A stretch of DNA of 64,000 nt, taken from NCBI GenBank assembly GCA_964202905.1, contig CAXNJO010000007.1:96001-160000 (forward strand). Direction: 5' to 3'. Of the stretch, positions 10,905-24,753 are shown in pieces. How positions within the stretch are numbered: the first letter of the stretch is position 1; every line of letters begins with the position of its first letter. The position numbers and the translations under genes are program-made. The notes under the pieces are model-generated. The model searched no databases, had not been told where the DNA came from, and worked only from the letters and a program-made list of their open reading frames with translations. This DNA comes from Polyangiales bacterium (GTDB lineage Bacteria > Myxococcota_A > Polyangia > Polyangiales > JADJQN01).

Positions 10905-11598
10905 GCGCGGCGCGCGCCGCGCTGTCGCCGGGTCCCTCGTGCTCGGCGCAGCCCTCTGGCTCGCGTCCGCCGGCCACGCGGAGGCGCAGGGGCGCGTGCG
11001 CGTCGAGGGCATCGCCGCGCTCGTCGGGGGTGCGGCCCCGGGGCCGGGCGTCGACGTCCTCCTCCGCAGCGACGTCGCGCTGCGCGCGCGCATGCGCCTC
11101 GCGGGGCAGGCGCCCGAGAGCCCGCTGCCGCTCGGTACCCTTCCGGAGGGCTTGCTGCGCGCGACGCTCGACGAGCTGCTCGGCGAGCTGCTCATCGCGC
11201 GCGAGGCCACGCGCGTCCGCGTGCGGGTCCCCCAGCCCGCGGACGTCCTGCGCGAGCGCACCCACCTCGAGGCCGAGACGGGCGGGCCCGCGCGGCTCGC
11301 GGCGCTGCTCGAGGCGCTCGGTGCGTCGTCGGCCGAGGTCGACGCGCTCGCGGCGCGGCGCGCGCTGGTCGGCGCTTTCTTCGCGGCGAACCTGGAGGGC
11401 GTGACGGACATCCCCGACGCCGAGGTCGAGCGCCTCTACCTCGCGGGGGATCACCCCTTCGTCGACATGACGCTCGAGGAGGCCCGCGAACCCCTGCGCA
11501 TCCAGGCCGCGCAGGCCGCCCTCGAGCGCGCGGTCGCGCGTTGGGTGGCGGTGCTGCGGTCCCGCATCACGCACCGCATCCTGATGCGCGACGTCTGA
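10882..11598 (+). CDS. Secreted SurA N-terminal-like helical protein
   Basis: Signal peptide (AEA-Q), VEGIAALV...LLRSDV, C-terminal W..LRSR pattern typical of SurA-like chaperones. Confidence 0.5.
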   Translation: MVRCRRTERGARRAVAGSLVLGAALWLASAGHAEAQGRVRVEGIAALVGGAAPGPGVDVLLRSDVALRARMRLAGQAPESPLPLGTLPEGLLRATLDELLGELLIAREATRVRVRVPQPADVLRERTHLEAETGGPARLAALLEALGASSAEVDALAARRALVGAFFAANLEGVTDIPDAEVERLYLAGDHPFVDMTLEEAREPLRIQAAQAALERAVARWVAVLRSRITHRILMRDV

Positions 11599-11642
11599 CG
11601 CGCGCGACGTTGTCCATCCCGCCCTCGGAGCCCACGAGAAAC

Positions 11643-12629
11643 ATGTCCGCCGAAGCCAACTCCACGAAGGTCGTCATCGCCGCGCTCCTCGGGAACCTCG
11701 CGATCGCCGTCAGCAAGTTCGTCGCCGCGTTCGTGACCGGCAGCACCGCGACCCTCGCGGAGGCCGTGCACAGCGTCGCGGACACCGGGAACCAGGTGCT
11801 CCTGCTCTTCGGGATGCGCCTCGCGCGGAGGGGACCCACCGAGGCACACCCCTTCGGCCGGACGATCGAGCGGTATTTCTGGCCTTTCGTCGTGAGCATC
11901 ATGCTCTTCACGGTCGGCGGCGTGTTCGCGGTCTACGAGGGCATCCACAAGATCGCCGCGATGACGACCGTCGTCGACGACCTCACGGGCAAGCACGGCT
12001 CGAACCTCTGGAACTACGGCGTGCTCGGCGCGTCGTTTCTCTTCGAGTGCTACTCGTTTTCGGTCGCTTGGGGCGAGTTCAAGAAATACAAGGGTTCGCG
12101 CGGTCTCGTCGACGCGCTCGTCGCGGCGAAGGACCCGACCATCCCCGTGGTCATCATGGAGGACGCCGCGGCGCTCTTCGGGCTCGCGATCGCGCTGCTC
12201 GGCGTGGCGCTCTCCGACCTCACGGGCTGGGCGGGCTGGGACGGCATCGCGTCGCTCGTGATCGGCTTGCTGCTCTGCTTCGTCGCGTGGTTCCTCGCGC
12301 GGGAGACGCACTCGCTCATCGTCGGCGAGAGCGCCAGCGTCGAGGACCGCCGCGCGGTCGCCCGGATCGCGGGCGGGGTCGAGGGCGTGCTTCGCGTGAC
12401 GCAGCTGCTCTCGATGCACCGCGGCCCGGACGACGTGCTCCTCGCGTTGAAGATCGCCTTCGCGCCGGACCTGCAGGTCGCGCAGCTCGAGGCCGCGACC
12501 GACGCCATCGAGGCCGCGATCCGTAAGGAACTGCCCCAGATGACGCAGATCTTCATCGAGGCCGACTCGAAGTACGACGGGCACATCGACGCCCGTCCCG
12601 ACGCGAGCGTGCTGCCGCCCGTCTCGTGA
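11643..12629 (+). CDS. Cation diffusion facilitator (CDF) transporter
   Basis: LAEAVHSVADTGNQ, HPFG, MEDAAAL, D..ASLVIG motifs; about 6 TM helices and a C-terminal dimerisation domain. Confidence 0.92.
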   Translation: MSAEANSTKVVIAALLGNLAIAVSKFVAAFVTGSTATLAEAVHSVADTGNQVLLLFGMRLARRGPTEAHPFGRTIERYFWPFVVSIMLFTVGGVFAVYEGIHKIAAMTTVVDDLTGKHGSNLWNYGVLGASFLFECYSFSVAWGEFKKYKGSRGLVDALVAAKDPTIPVVIMEDAAALFGLAIALLGVALSDLTGWAGWDGIASLVIGLLLCFVAWFLARETHSLIVGESASVEDRRAVARIAGGVEGVLRVTQLLSMHRGPDDVLLALKIAFAPDLQVAQLEAATDAIEAAIRKELPQMTQIFIEADSKYDGHIDARPDASVLPPVS

Positions 12630-12701
12630 CGTGCCCCGGGCGAACGCTGCGGGCCTCACCTCCGGCGCGCGGGTCGCGGCTCGGCGCCGCAGCGGGCGCG
12701 C

Positions 12702-12998
12702 TCAGCCGCCGCCGCCGCCGGACACCAGGATGACCAGCACGAGCAGCAGGGCCGCGAGGACGCCCGCTGCGACGCCGATGCCGCGGAAGCCGCGCGGACC
12801 GAGGCGGTCGGACAGGATCATCCCGCCGTAGGCGCCGACCGCGAAGAGCCCGAAGGCCGCGGGCTCCTTGGGGTAGGCGTCGCCGACCAGGAGGTAGAGC
12901 GCGTAGCTGAGCAGGAGCCCGGTGGCGCCCCCGGCCGTCCACGCGAGGGCCGTCTGCACCCCGCGGCGCCCGCGCGGCCCGTCGTCGACGTCACCCAT
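12702..12998 (-). CDS. Small 3-TM membrane protein (98 aa)
   Basis: MGDVDDG... with three hydrophobic segments; TAGGGT -10-like hexamer 8 nt upstream. Confidence 0.65.
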   Translation of the reverse strand: MGDVDDGPRGRRGVQTALAWTAGGATGLLLSYALYLLVGDAYPKEPAAFGLFAVGAYGGMILSDRLGPRGFRGIGVAAGVLAALLLVLVILVSGGGGG

Positions 12999-13233
12999 CG
13001 CGGCGCACCCTAGCAGCCGCGGCGTCGTGCGCCGCTGCCCGCGCGATGTGCGGCACGCGGCCCCGCGCGACCCGGCACCGCCCAAGCTCACGCCCCACGC
13101 GGGGTCTGACGTGCCGCACCCCCGACCCGCCGCGCCTTCGCGGTGCGGCGCTTTCGTGATAGCGTCCGCACCCTTTCGCTCGCTCCCGGTGGGCGCGGCA
13201 TCCCAGGCGGCACAGCAGTCAGACGAGGCGCTC

Positions 13234-14538
13234 GTGGCGAAGCAGAAGAAGAAGCACGCATCCGGAGACACCCTCGAGGCGACGGCCCCGCCGAAGCCTG
13301 CGGCGCCGCCCGTCTCCGCGCCGCCGCCCCCGCGGCCGGCGACGACGACGACGATGCGGTGCTGAATCTCGCGGCCCTCGTCGGAAGCTCCATCGCCCCG
13401 CCGGCCGCCAGCTCGCCGGGCACGTCTTCGTCCCCCGCGTACGACGACGACGACGACGCGAAGCTCGACCTCGCCGCGCTCGCGAACTCGATGGCGCCGC
13501 CCGCGGCCGAGTCGAGCGCTGCGTCCGACGTCGTGATCCCGGCGCCCGCGAGGACGCCGACCCTCGACAAGGCGGGGGGCCCCTCCGCCGCGTCGGCATC
13601 GTCGACGCCCACCGCGAAGGCCAAGCCCGTGGCGGCCCCTGCCGCCGAGAAGCCGCGCTCGACGGGCATGCTGCTGGGCATCGCGGCCCTCGCGGTCGTC
13701 GTCGCGGGCGGCTTCTACGCGCTCCGTGGCGGTGGCGAGCCCAGCGGCGGCGAGGCCGTCTCGCCGGACGCGCCTGCGTCCGCGCCCGAGGCGGCGTCGC
13801 CCCCGGTGGAGGCCCCGGTCGGCTCGGCGGCGGCCGTCGGCGCCGCGGTCGCCGTGCCCATCGCGCCTGCGCCCGCCGAGGCTCCGTCCGCGCCGGAGGC
13901 GTCCGCGTTGCCTGCGCCGGCCGCACCCGCAGCGGACCGAGCTCGGCCGCGGCCGTCGCCGAGCGTCGCCGCGTCGTCGCGGCGCGCACCGTGCGCGCCT
14001 GCGTCCGCTGCGGCGTCGGCCGTCGCGGCGCCCGCGCCCGCCGCCGCTGCGGTCGAGGCCGCGCCCGCGCAGCCCGTGCGGCCGCTGCCCCGCGGCGCCT
14101 GCGCCCGCGCCCGCGCCCGCTGCCGAGATGGACTCCCTGCTCGACCGCGCCCTCGGTGGCCGCCCCGTCGCGGGGGGCACACGGACCGAACCGACGGGCG
14201 GCGCGGCGGCGCGCCCTGCGGCCGCCCCCGCGGCGGCTGCTCCGGCCGCGGCCCCGGCCGCCGGTCCCGTCCCCAACGAGCCGGGCCGCGGTGACATCGC
14301 GCGCGTGATGGGCAGCCTCCTCCCGGGCGTGCGCGCCTGCGCGGGCGACCAGGTCGGCCTCGCGAGCGCGACGGTCGCCCTCAAGAACGACGGCTCGGTC
14401 GTGAGCGCCGCCGTCGCCGGCGCCCCCTTCGGCGGCACGCCGCAGGGCGCGTGCATGGAGGGCGTCATCCGCCGGGCGCGCTTCACGCGCTTCTCCGCGA
14501 CGACCTTCCGCTTCACCTACCCGCTCGCCATCCGCTGA
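13234..14538 (+). CDS. Single-TM Pro/Ala-rich protein with C-terminal AgmX/GltG/GltJ-like TonB_C domain (frameshifted)
   Basis: Acidic 'DDDDD..LDLAALA' N-terminus, TM helix GMLLGIAALAVVVAGGFY, C-terminal 'I..VM......VRAC...GSV..A.V...FGGTP.GAC....IRRARF..F....F.YP'. Split across three frames. Confidence 0.65.
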
Positions 14539-15276
14539 ATGACCGTGGCGCGCGCGCAGCCTCCCGCGGCGTCGCGCGCCCTCGGAGCGCGTGTCGCGGC
14601 GCCCCTCGCCGGCGCCCCGTCCCCGCCCGCGTCGCCTCCCGCGGGCACTGCGGCCGACTCCCACGTCGCGCGCACGGCGGTCGCGACCCGCGCCGCGCTG
14701 CTCGTCATGTCGCTCGGGGTCGCCCTCGCGGGATGTGGTCCGGCGGGGATCTCCCTCCGCGCCGAGTCGGTGCCCGTCGCTCCGTCGGCGCGCGACGCGG
14801 CGGTGCTCGCGCTCGGCCGCACCGTCTTCGCGGCGGTGCAGGCCGGCGAGGTCGAGCGCGTGCTCTTCGACGACCTCGACCTGCGCGCGCTCCTCGACGG
14901 AGCGGGCGCGAGCCGGGCCGCGGCCGTCCGGCACACGGCGGGCCCGGCCCTCCGCGCAGGCGCAGGCGCGCTCTCACTCGCCGCGGCGGGTGCGCGCTAC
15001 GTCGGCGTGTGCCTGCAGGAGTCCAGCGTCGCGCGGGGCGGCGGGGCGCTCGGCCTGAGGCGGGAGGCGTGGGTCGTCGGGCGCGTGCTCGTCGTCGCCG
15101 AGCACCCCCGCGCCGGACGCGTCGCCGGCTGGGCGGAGGGCGTCTTCGTCCACTCGAGCCGCGGCTTCGGGGCCGTCACGCTCGACCGCATCGAGCCGCT
15201 GCGCCCGGCGCACAGCGACCTCGAGCTCGCCGTGTGCGACATGGCGGCCGGCCTCGACGAGCCCGGCGTGCGCTGA
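14539..15276 (+). CDS. Hypothetical lipoprotein
   Basis: Lipobox ALAGC; true start may be later (~14707). Confidence 0.55.
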   Translation: MTVARAQPPAASRALGARVAAPLAGAPSPPASPPAGTAADSHVARTAVATRAALLVMSLGVALAGCGPAGISLRAESVPVAPSARDAAVLALGRTVFAAVQAGEVERVLFDDLDLRALLDGAGASRAAAVRHTAGPALRAGAGALSLAAAGARYVGVCLQESSVARGGGALGLRREAWVVGRVLVVAEHPRAGRVAGWAEGVFVHSSRGFGAVTLDRIEPLRPAHSDLELAVCDMAAGLDEPGVR

Positions 15277-15387
15277 GCGCGGCCGTCGCGGTCGCCTCGC
15301 GGAGGCCCGTCCCGATGGGGTCCGCCCGACACCTCCCCGCGGCGGTCCGTCTGGGGGCGGGAGCGTCCGTCCGATCCTCGCGTCGAA

Positions 15388-15403
15388 CCACAACAGGTAG
15401 TGG
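15388..15403. promoter_or_regulatory. NrdR-box-like palindrome CCACAACAGGTAGTGG
   Basis: Resembles the acaCwAtATaTwGtgt consensus; AT-richer 16-mer about 80 nt upstream of smc. Confidence 0.5.
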
Positions 15404-15484
15404 TGTCGCCCCTTCGAGGCTACCGGATCCAGCGGAAAACCGTTGCGATCGCGGGTGGGCGATGGTACGAGGGCCGACCCCGCC

Positions 15485-19086
<3,602 letters not shown>

Positions 19087-19090
<4 letters not shown>

Positions 19091-20823
19091 GCGGGGCCTG
19101 CGTGGCGCGCGTTCACGCGCGGGGCGCTAACCGGGGAGCGGGATGGGACACGGGGACGGTTCGGCGGGGAGCGGTGCATCGGAGGCGGGTGGGGGCGGCG
19201 CGCCGCGGGCCGGGCCTGCCGCCGCCGCTGCCGCGACGCGCAACGCCGTCCTCTGCGCAGGGAACGCCGCCGTCCGCGCCGGGCGTGCCGCCGTCCGCGC
19301 CGGGCCTGCCGCCGGCGATGCAGGCGCGCGCCGTCGCCCGTTTCGCGGGGTGCGGCGCCGCCGCCTTCGCAGGGCGCGGCGCCGTCCGCGCAGGTACGCC
19401 ACGTCCGCCGACGCCAGCCGCCCCGCTGGGCGCGGCGGCGCCCCATGCGCCGCGATGGCCGGTGCCCGGGCGCCTCCCGCCTCCGCGGTCTGCGGTCGCG
19501 CCGGCTCCGGCGCGCGTCGCGTCGCTGGCCTCGGAGGTGGCGGTCGCCAACGCGTCGCCGGCCGGTCCGGGGCGCGCGCCGACCTCCGCGTCGGGAGGCG
19601 AGCCGGAGCGCCCGTTCACGGCCCTGCCGATCCGCACGCCACCGCCGCTTCGTGCCCCGCTTGCGTCGGACGGCGCGCCCGGTGCGGTCCAGGGAACGGC
19701 CGCGGCGTCTCCGATCGCGCCGCTGTCGGCCGCGCCCGGGCTCGATGAGGGCGCTCGCTCGGCCGGGGCGTCGACCCCGACGGGGGCGTCGTCGGGACGT
19801 GGCTCGTCGCTGCCGCCCGTCGCGTCGCCGCCCGTCGCGTCGCCGCCCGTCGCGTCGCCGCCCGGCTTCTTCGCGCGGCGTCCGTCGGATGCGCCGCCAC
19901 CGGTTGCCGCCGTGCTCGACGCGGGGCGCATGGCCAGCCTGCAGCGCGACGTCGCCGAGTTGCGCGAGCGGTCGAGCGGCTGGACGGACGCGCTCGCCGG
20001 CCTGCGGGACGCGCTGGAGCGCCTCGACGCACAAGCCGCGCACGCCGCGGGGCGTGAGGCGCAGCGGGAGGCGCTCCTCGGCGCGGGCGGGCTGATCGAC
20101 GCGCGACTCGGGGCCCTCGAGGCGGGCAGCGCTGCGGCCGCTGCACACGTCGACGCGGTCGCGGCAGCCCTCGTCGGCACGCAGGTGGCGCTCGGCGCGT
20201 CCGAGGCGCGCGCCGCCGCGCTCGCCGCGCAGGTCGACACGCTCGCGGGCGCGCTCGACACGACGCGTGAGGCGCTGCACGCCGGGGACGCGCGCGCCGC
20301 ATCGCTCGGCGCGCGCATCGAGGAGCTCACCGCGTCCCTCGCGCCCGCGCTGCACGCCCTCGAGGCGGCGACGTCGCGGATCGCGACGCTCGAGCGACGC
20401 GCCGACGCGCAGGACGCAGCCGTCGACGCATCGCGGTCGACCGACGCGCGGCGGACGACGGCTGCGCACGCGCCGCGCACGGATGCTCCAGCGGAGAACC
20501 CCGCGCGGGACGACGTGCCGTCTCACGCCGGGGCGAAGGATGCTGCGGTGCCCGAGCCATCCGCCGACGCACCACCCCCGACCAACGCTGCGCCGATGCC
20601 GACGAGGGCGTCACGCGTGCCCATCGATCTGCGGCGTATCAAGGGGATCGGCCCGAAGTTCGCGCAGGCGCTCGCGGCCGCGGGCATCGTCGATGCCCAC
20701 GGGATCGCGGACTGGGCCCCGGCGGATGTCGCGCGCGCTGCGGCGGTCGTCGGCGTGCGTCCCGAGCGCATCGAGCGCGACGACTGGGTCGGACAAGCGC
20801 GCGCGCTCCGCGACGCCCCGTGA
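19087..20823 (+). CDS. Pro-rich / coiled-coil protein with C-terminal helix-hairpin-helix (NusA/Rad51-N-like) domain
   Basis: DLRRIKGIGPKFAQALAAAGI...IADW...RIERDDWVGQA; central Ala-rich coiled coil. Start uncertain. Confidence 0.65.
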
Positions 20824-20873
20824 GTGGCGCGCCGCGCTTCCGTGCGTAGCTCGAAAAGCGGAGGGATCCGCCC

Positions 20874-21476
20874 ATGACTGAAGCGCCCACCCCCGCACAG
20901 CGGCTCGCCGTGGCCGTCGACTTCACGCCCGCCTCGGAGCACGCGCTCGACGCCGCGATCGCGCTCGCACAGCGCGTCCCGCACACGGCCATCCACGTCG
21001 TGCACGTCCTGCCCATCGACCCGTGGATCAAGGCGGACGGTCTCCCGCGCGAGAGCGCCGCCATGGAGGCCGCGAGCCGCAAGTTGCGCGAGCTCGTCCT
21101 CGAGGTCGGCATGCGCGCGCCCGGTCGCCGCTGGGACCAGAAGGTCTCCTTCCATGTGCGGCTCGGGGACGCGGTCGAGGCCATCCTGCAACTGGCGGTC
21201 GACGTCGATGCCGACCTGCTCATCGTCGGCACGCACGGGCGGCGCGGTCTCGAGCGCCTGCTGCTCGGCTCGGTCGCGACGCGCCTCGTGATGGAGGCGC
21301 ACCTGCCTGTCTTCGTCGCGCGCCCGAAGGAGTTCGAAGGCCTCCCGCGGAGCGAGGTGCCCGCGCTGCCCGCCGCGGGCATGGCCGGCTCGCAGCCGCC
21401 CGACGCGCCGCGCTCGGATCAGCGGGCGGTGCTCGCGCTCGGCGCCCGCACGCCGCACGTCAGCGGGCTTGTTTGA
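20874..21476 (+). CDS. Universal stress protein
   Basis: VAVDFTPASEHAL, DLLIVGTHGRRGLERLLLGSVA; SD GGAGG upstream. Confidence 0.92.
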   Translation: MTEAPTPAQRLAVAVDFTPASEHALDAAIALAQRVPHTAIHVVHVLPIDPWIKADGLPRESAAMEAASRKLRELVLEVGMRAPGRRWDQKVSFHVRLGDAVEAILQLAVDVDADLLIVGTHGRRGLERLLLGSVATRLVMEAHLPVFVARPKEFEGLPRSEVPALPAAGMAGSQPPDAPRSDQRAVLALGARTPHVSGLV

Positions 21477-21618
21477 TGTGTTGTGTCATCAGGAGCGCAG
21501 ACCCGCGGCGCCTCGTCTTGCGCGGCGTCGTGCCGGGCGTCCGCCCCATGAAGCCGACCCGACCGGGCCGGGCGCGTCGGCCGGCTCGGCGAACGCGTGG
21601 CCCGCGCCGCGGTCACTC

Positions 21619-22230
21619 CTAGCCGGATTGCCCTCGGAAGCGGTCGTCCTCGTCCCGGAAGAGCACGTTGAACGTGGTGAGCGAGCCGTAGCAGGCGGTG
21701 ATGTACTGCTGGAGCTGCACCTTCTCGTCGGCGGCGAGATCGCTGCCGTTCACCTTCTGCTCGAGCACGCGGAGTTTGTCGCGGATCATCACGATCTTGT
21801 GGAAGAGCGCGTCGATCGGGACGCGCTTCTCCTGCGTGTCCTTCTTGCCGGGGACGAGCACGACCTCGCCGCCGCGCCAGCGATCACCGAGCGCCGCGTC
21901 GCCCACGCCGAGCTCGTCGCGCAGCACCTCCGTCAGCACACGCCGGAACTCTGCCTGGTCCATGTCGAGGTCGATCTCCCGAGGAAGCGGCCGCTTGGGG
22001 GCGGGCGCGTCGTCCTCTTGCAGTCGCCGTGGCGTCCCGGCCGCGGCGGGTCTCTTCTTCGTCCAGCCATCCCAGCTCGCGCCGAGCGCCTTGTAGCTCG
22101 CGCACGTCCCCGTCTCGGGCTTGCGGGCCTTCCAGATGCGGCAGTCGCCGACCTGGACCTCCGCGCCTTCGACGTAGTAACGCGCGAAGAAGGCGCACGT
22201 CCCGCAGCGCCCGGTGAGGTCGCGTTCCAT
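21619..22230 (-). CDS. Conserved hypothetical protein: N-terminal Cys motif plus FHKIVMIRD...QQYIT..YGSLTTFNVLF domain
   Basis: CGTC...C...C motif; protein-like C-terminal half. Confidence 0.75.
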   Translation of the reverse strand: MERDLTGRCGTCAFFARYYVEGAEVQVGDCRIWKARKPETGTCASYKALGASWDGWTKKRPAAAGTPRRLQEDDAPAPKRPLPREIDLDMDQAEFRRVLTEVLRDELGVGDAALGDRWRGGEVVLVPGKKDTQEKRVPIDALFHKIVMIRDKLRVLEQKVNGSDLAADEKVQLQQYITACYGSLTTFNVLFRDEDDRFRGQSG

Positions 22231-22266
22231 CGGCGGGGCGAGGATAGCGCGCCAACCGGCGCGGCG

Positions 22267-23106
22267 TCAGCCCCGGACGCGGAGGACGTCCACGGGGTCG
22301 CCGACGCGCAGCGGCCCCGCGCCCTCGTGGAGCGCGTTCCACCCGAAGTATGTGCTCGACGCGGAGACGCCGACGAATCCGAGGTCCGCGCCTCGGCGGA
22401 ACTGCGCGAGCGTGCGCAGGGGCTCGGCGCCCGGCGCGCCCGTCTCCGGGTCGACGAGCGTGATGCTGCAGCGCGCGCACGGTTTCACGAGCGTCAGCGT
22501 CACGTCACCGATGCGCAGCACGCGCCAGTCGTCCTCTTCCCACGCCGCGCTTCCCGCGATCACGACGTTCGGGCGGAAGCGCGCCATCGCGAGCGGCGTG
22601 GCCCCGCGGCGCGCGAGGTCGGCGAGCGACGCGTCCGTGGCGACGAGCAGAGGAAAACCGTCGCTCAGCCCGGTGCGCGCGCCGAGGGACGCGTAGCGTG
22701 TGTCGACCTGCCGCCCCGCGTCGACGGGCAGGTACACGAGGCGCACGGGCGCGTCGAGCCACGCGGAGAACCAGGCGCCGGCCTCGTCGCCGCAGTCGCG
22801 CACGCGCACGTCGTCGGCCCACACGCGCGCATCGCGGGAGGGCGTCGACGCGTCGGGCGTCGCGACGTGCAGCGCCTCGCGCGCGGGTGCCTCGAGCACG
22901 AGCCCGCCCTCGACGCGTTGGGCGGATACCATCGCCAGGGATGGTTGCTCGCGCTGCGTGACGAAGCGGCCGCGTGCGTCGACCAGCATGAAGCGGCGAT
23001 CGTCGATGGCGCCGAGCGCGTCGAGGGGCAGGGCGTCCACGCGCTCGCCCGCGCAACTCTTGACGGGGTGCACGTAGAGCGCGGAGATGCGCGAGGGCGG
23101 GCTCAT
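22267..23106 (-). CDS. MOSC domain protein (YcbX/mARC-like)
   Basis: LYVHPVKSCAG, DRRFML, DGFPLL, RFRPNVV, KPCARC motifs. Confidence 0.92.
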   Translation of the reverse strand: MSPPSRISALYVHPVKSCAGERVDALPLDALGAIDDRRFMLVDARGRFVTQREQPSLAMVSAQRVEGGLVLEAPAREALHVATPDASTPSRDARVWADDVRVRDCGDEAGAWFSAWLDAPVRLVYLPVDAGRQVDTRYASLGARTGLSDGFPLLVATDASLADLARRGATPLAMARFRPNVVIAGSAAWEEDDWRVLRIGDVTLTLVKPCARCSITLVDPETGAPGAEPLRTLAQFRRGADLGFVGVSASSTYFGWNALHEGAGPLRVGDPVDVLRVRG

Positions 23107-23186
23107 GGGGCGCCTTCGCTCAGACGCCGCCGCGGCCCGCCGTCGCGCCGCGCGCCGTTCGCGTCGCAGGGCGCGCCGCGCCGCGC

Positions 23187-24562
23187 TCACGAGCGCCTCG
23201 CGAAGGGCGAGGGAAACTGCCGAAGCGCGCCGTGGAGCGTGACGGGGCTGACGCGGTGCTCGTCGCGCCGTCGAGCGCCATCGATGCCGACGGCGGCGGC
23301 GCGGCGAGGCTCCCGCTCGACGATTCGGGCGCGTCGCTCGGACGGTCCTGCACGAGGTTCACGTCGTCGAGGCGCAGCGAGAGCGACTGCGAGAGCGCCC
23401 AGAGGAACTTCGCGGCGATGAGCGGCTCCTGGCTCATCAGCGCGGAGAACGACGCGCGATCGAGCACGAGCATGTGGCTCGGCAGCCGCGCGAGGACGGT
23501 CGCGGTGCGCGGCCGTCGGTTGAGCAGCGCCATCTCGCCGAAATGCCGGCCCGCCTCGAGGTCCGCGACGGTCTGCCCTCCGCGCTGCACGCGCGCGGCG
23601 CCCTCGACGAGGATGTAGAGCCCATCCGTCGTCTCCCCCTCGCGGACGACCACCTCGCCCGCGGGCACCTCGACGGGGTGCGCGACGTGCAGGATGCGCG
23701 CGAGCTCCGGCATCGTCATCTCGCGGAACAGCGTCACGCGGCGCAGCGTCTCGAACTGCGCGTGCACCTGCGAGGCCCGCGTCGTCTCCTCGACGGCGAG
23801 CTCTTCCTGCGCCGCGACGTGCAGGAGCACGGCCGTGATGTTGTCGGCGCCGCCGCGCGCGTTCGCGAGCTGCACGAGCTCCTGCGCGAGCCCCTGGGTC
23901 ACCTCGCGCCCGAGCCACTGCATCAGCTCGCGCGCGTCCGGGGTGTACTGGTGCAGGCCGTCCGAGCAGAGCAGGAGCGTGTCGCCCGGCAGGACGTCGA
24001 AGACGAGCACGTCGACCTGTACGTTGGGCTGCGGCCCGACGGCGCGCGTCACCATGTTCCCGTGCGTGCTGCCGACCGCCTGCGCCGGGGTGAGCACGCC
24101 GTGACGGATCGCCTCGGCGAGGAACGTGTGGTCGTCGCTCATCTGGTAGAGTTGCCCGGCCCGAAGCAGGTACACGCGCGAGTCACCCACGTGCGCCATG
24201 GCCGCCTTGCCGCCGAGCACGAGGAGCGCGGTGCAGGTCGTGCCCATGCCGCGCCGGTTCTTGTCGGAGGCGCCGAGCGCGTGGATCACCTCGGAGGCCG
24301 TCACGATCGCGCCACGCAGCAGCCCGGCCGCGACGTCCATGGGCGCGCCGCCGTGCTGCACGTCGGAGAGCGCGTCGCGGTGTTTGCGCAGCTCCGATTG
24401 CACGGTCGCGCAGGCCGTGGCGGAGGCGACCTCGCCGGCTGCGTGCCCACCCATGCCATCGCAGACGATGAAGAGCCCGAGGTCCGGGTCGACGAGGTGG
24501 GCGTCCTCGTTGCCGGAGCGGGACCGTCCGACATCCGAGATGGCGTGCGCGGTGAGGTTCAC
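23187..24562 (-). CDS. PP2C (Stp1-like) Ser/Thr phosphatase fused to a cyclic-nucleotide-binding domain
   Basis: NED, VCDGMGGH, GMGTT, HVGDSR, LCSDGL, GADNIT; then FGEMALL...PRTATV. 3' end may be frameshifted (stop at 23187 or 23120). Confidence 0.88.
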
Positions 24563-24753
24563 GCGCGCGAAACTGCCACAGCACCTCGGCGTTCGGGAAG
24601 GGGCGCGATCGGGCGCGGCGCGTGTCGGTGTGCGGATGGCGTGTCGCGGGATGACCGCCCCGGGCCCGTGCGCGGACCGCGCGTGCGGCAGCGGCGCCGT
24701 TCGGTGCCGCGTCGTGCTTGCGGGGGCGGGCGGCGATGCCCTATGACCGGCGC

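Noticed and set aside
19812..19863. 15-bp tandem repeat (PPVAS x3) as a regulatory array
   Set aside because: In-frame coding linker repeat.
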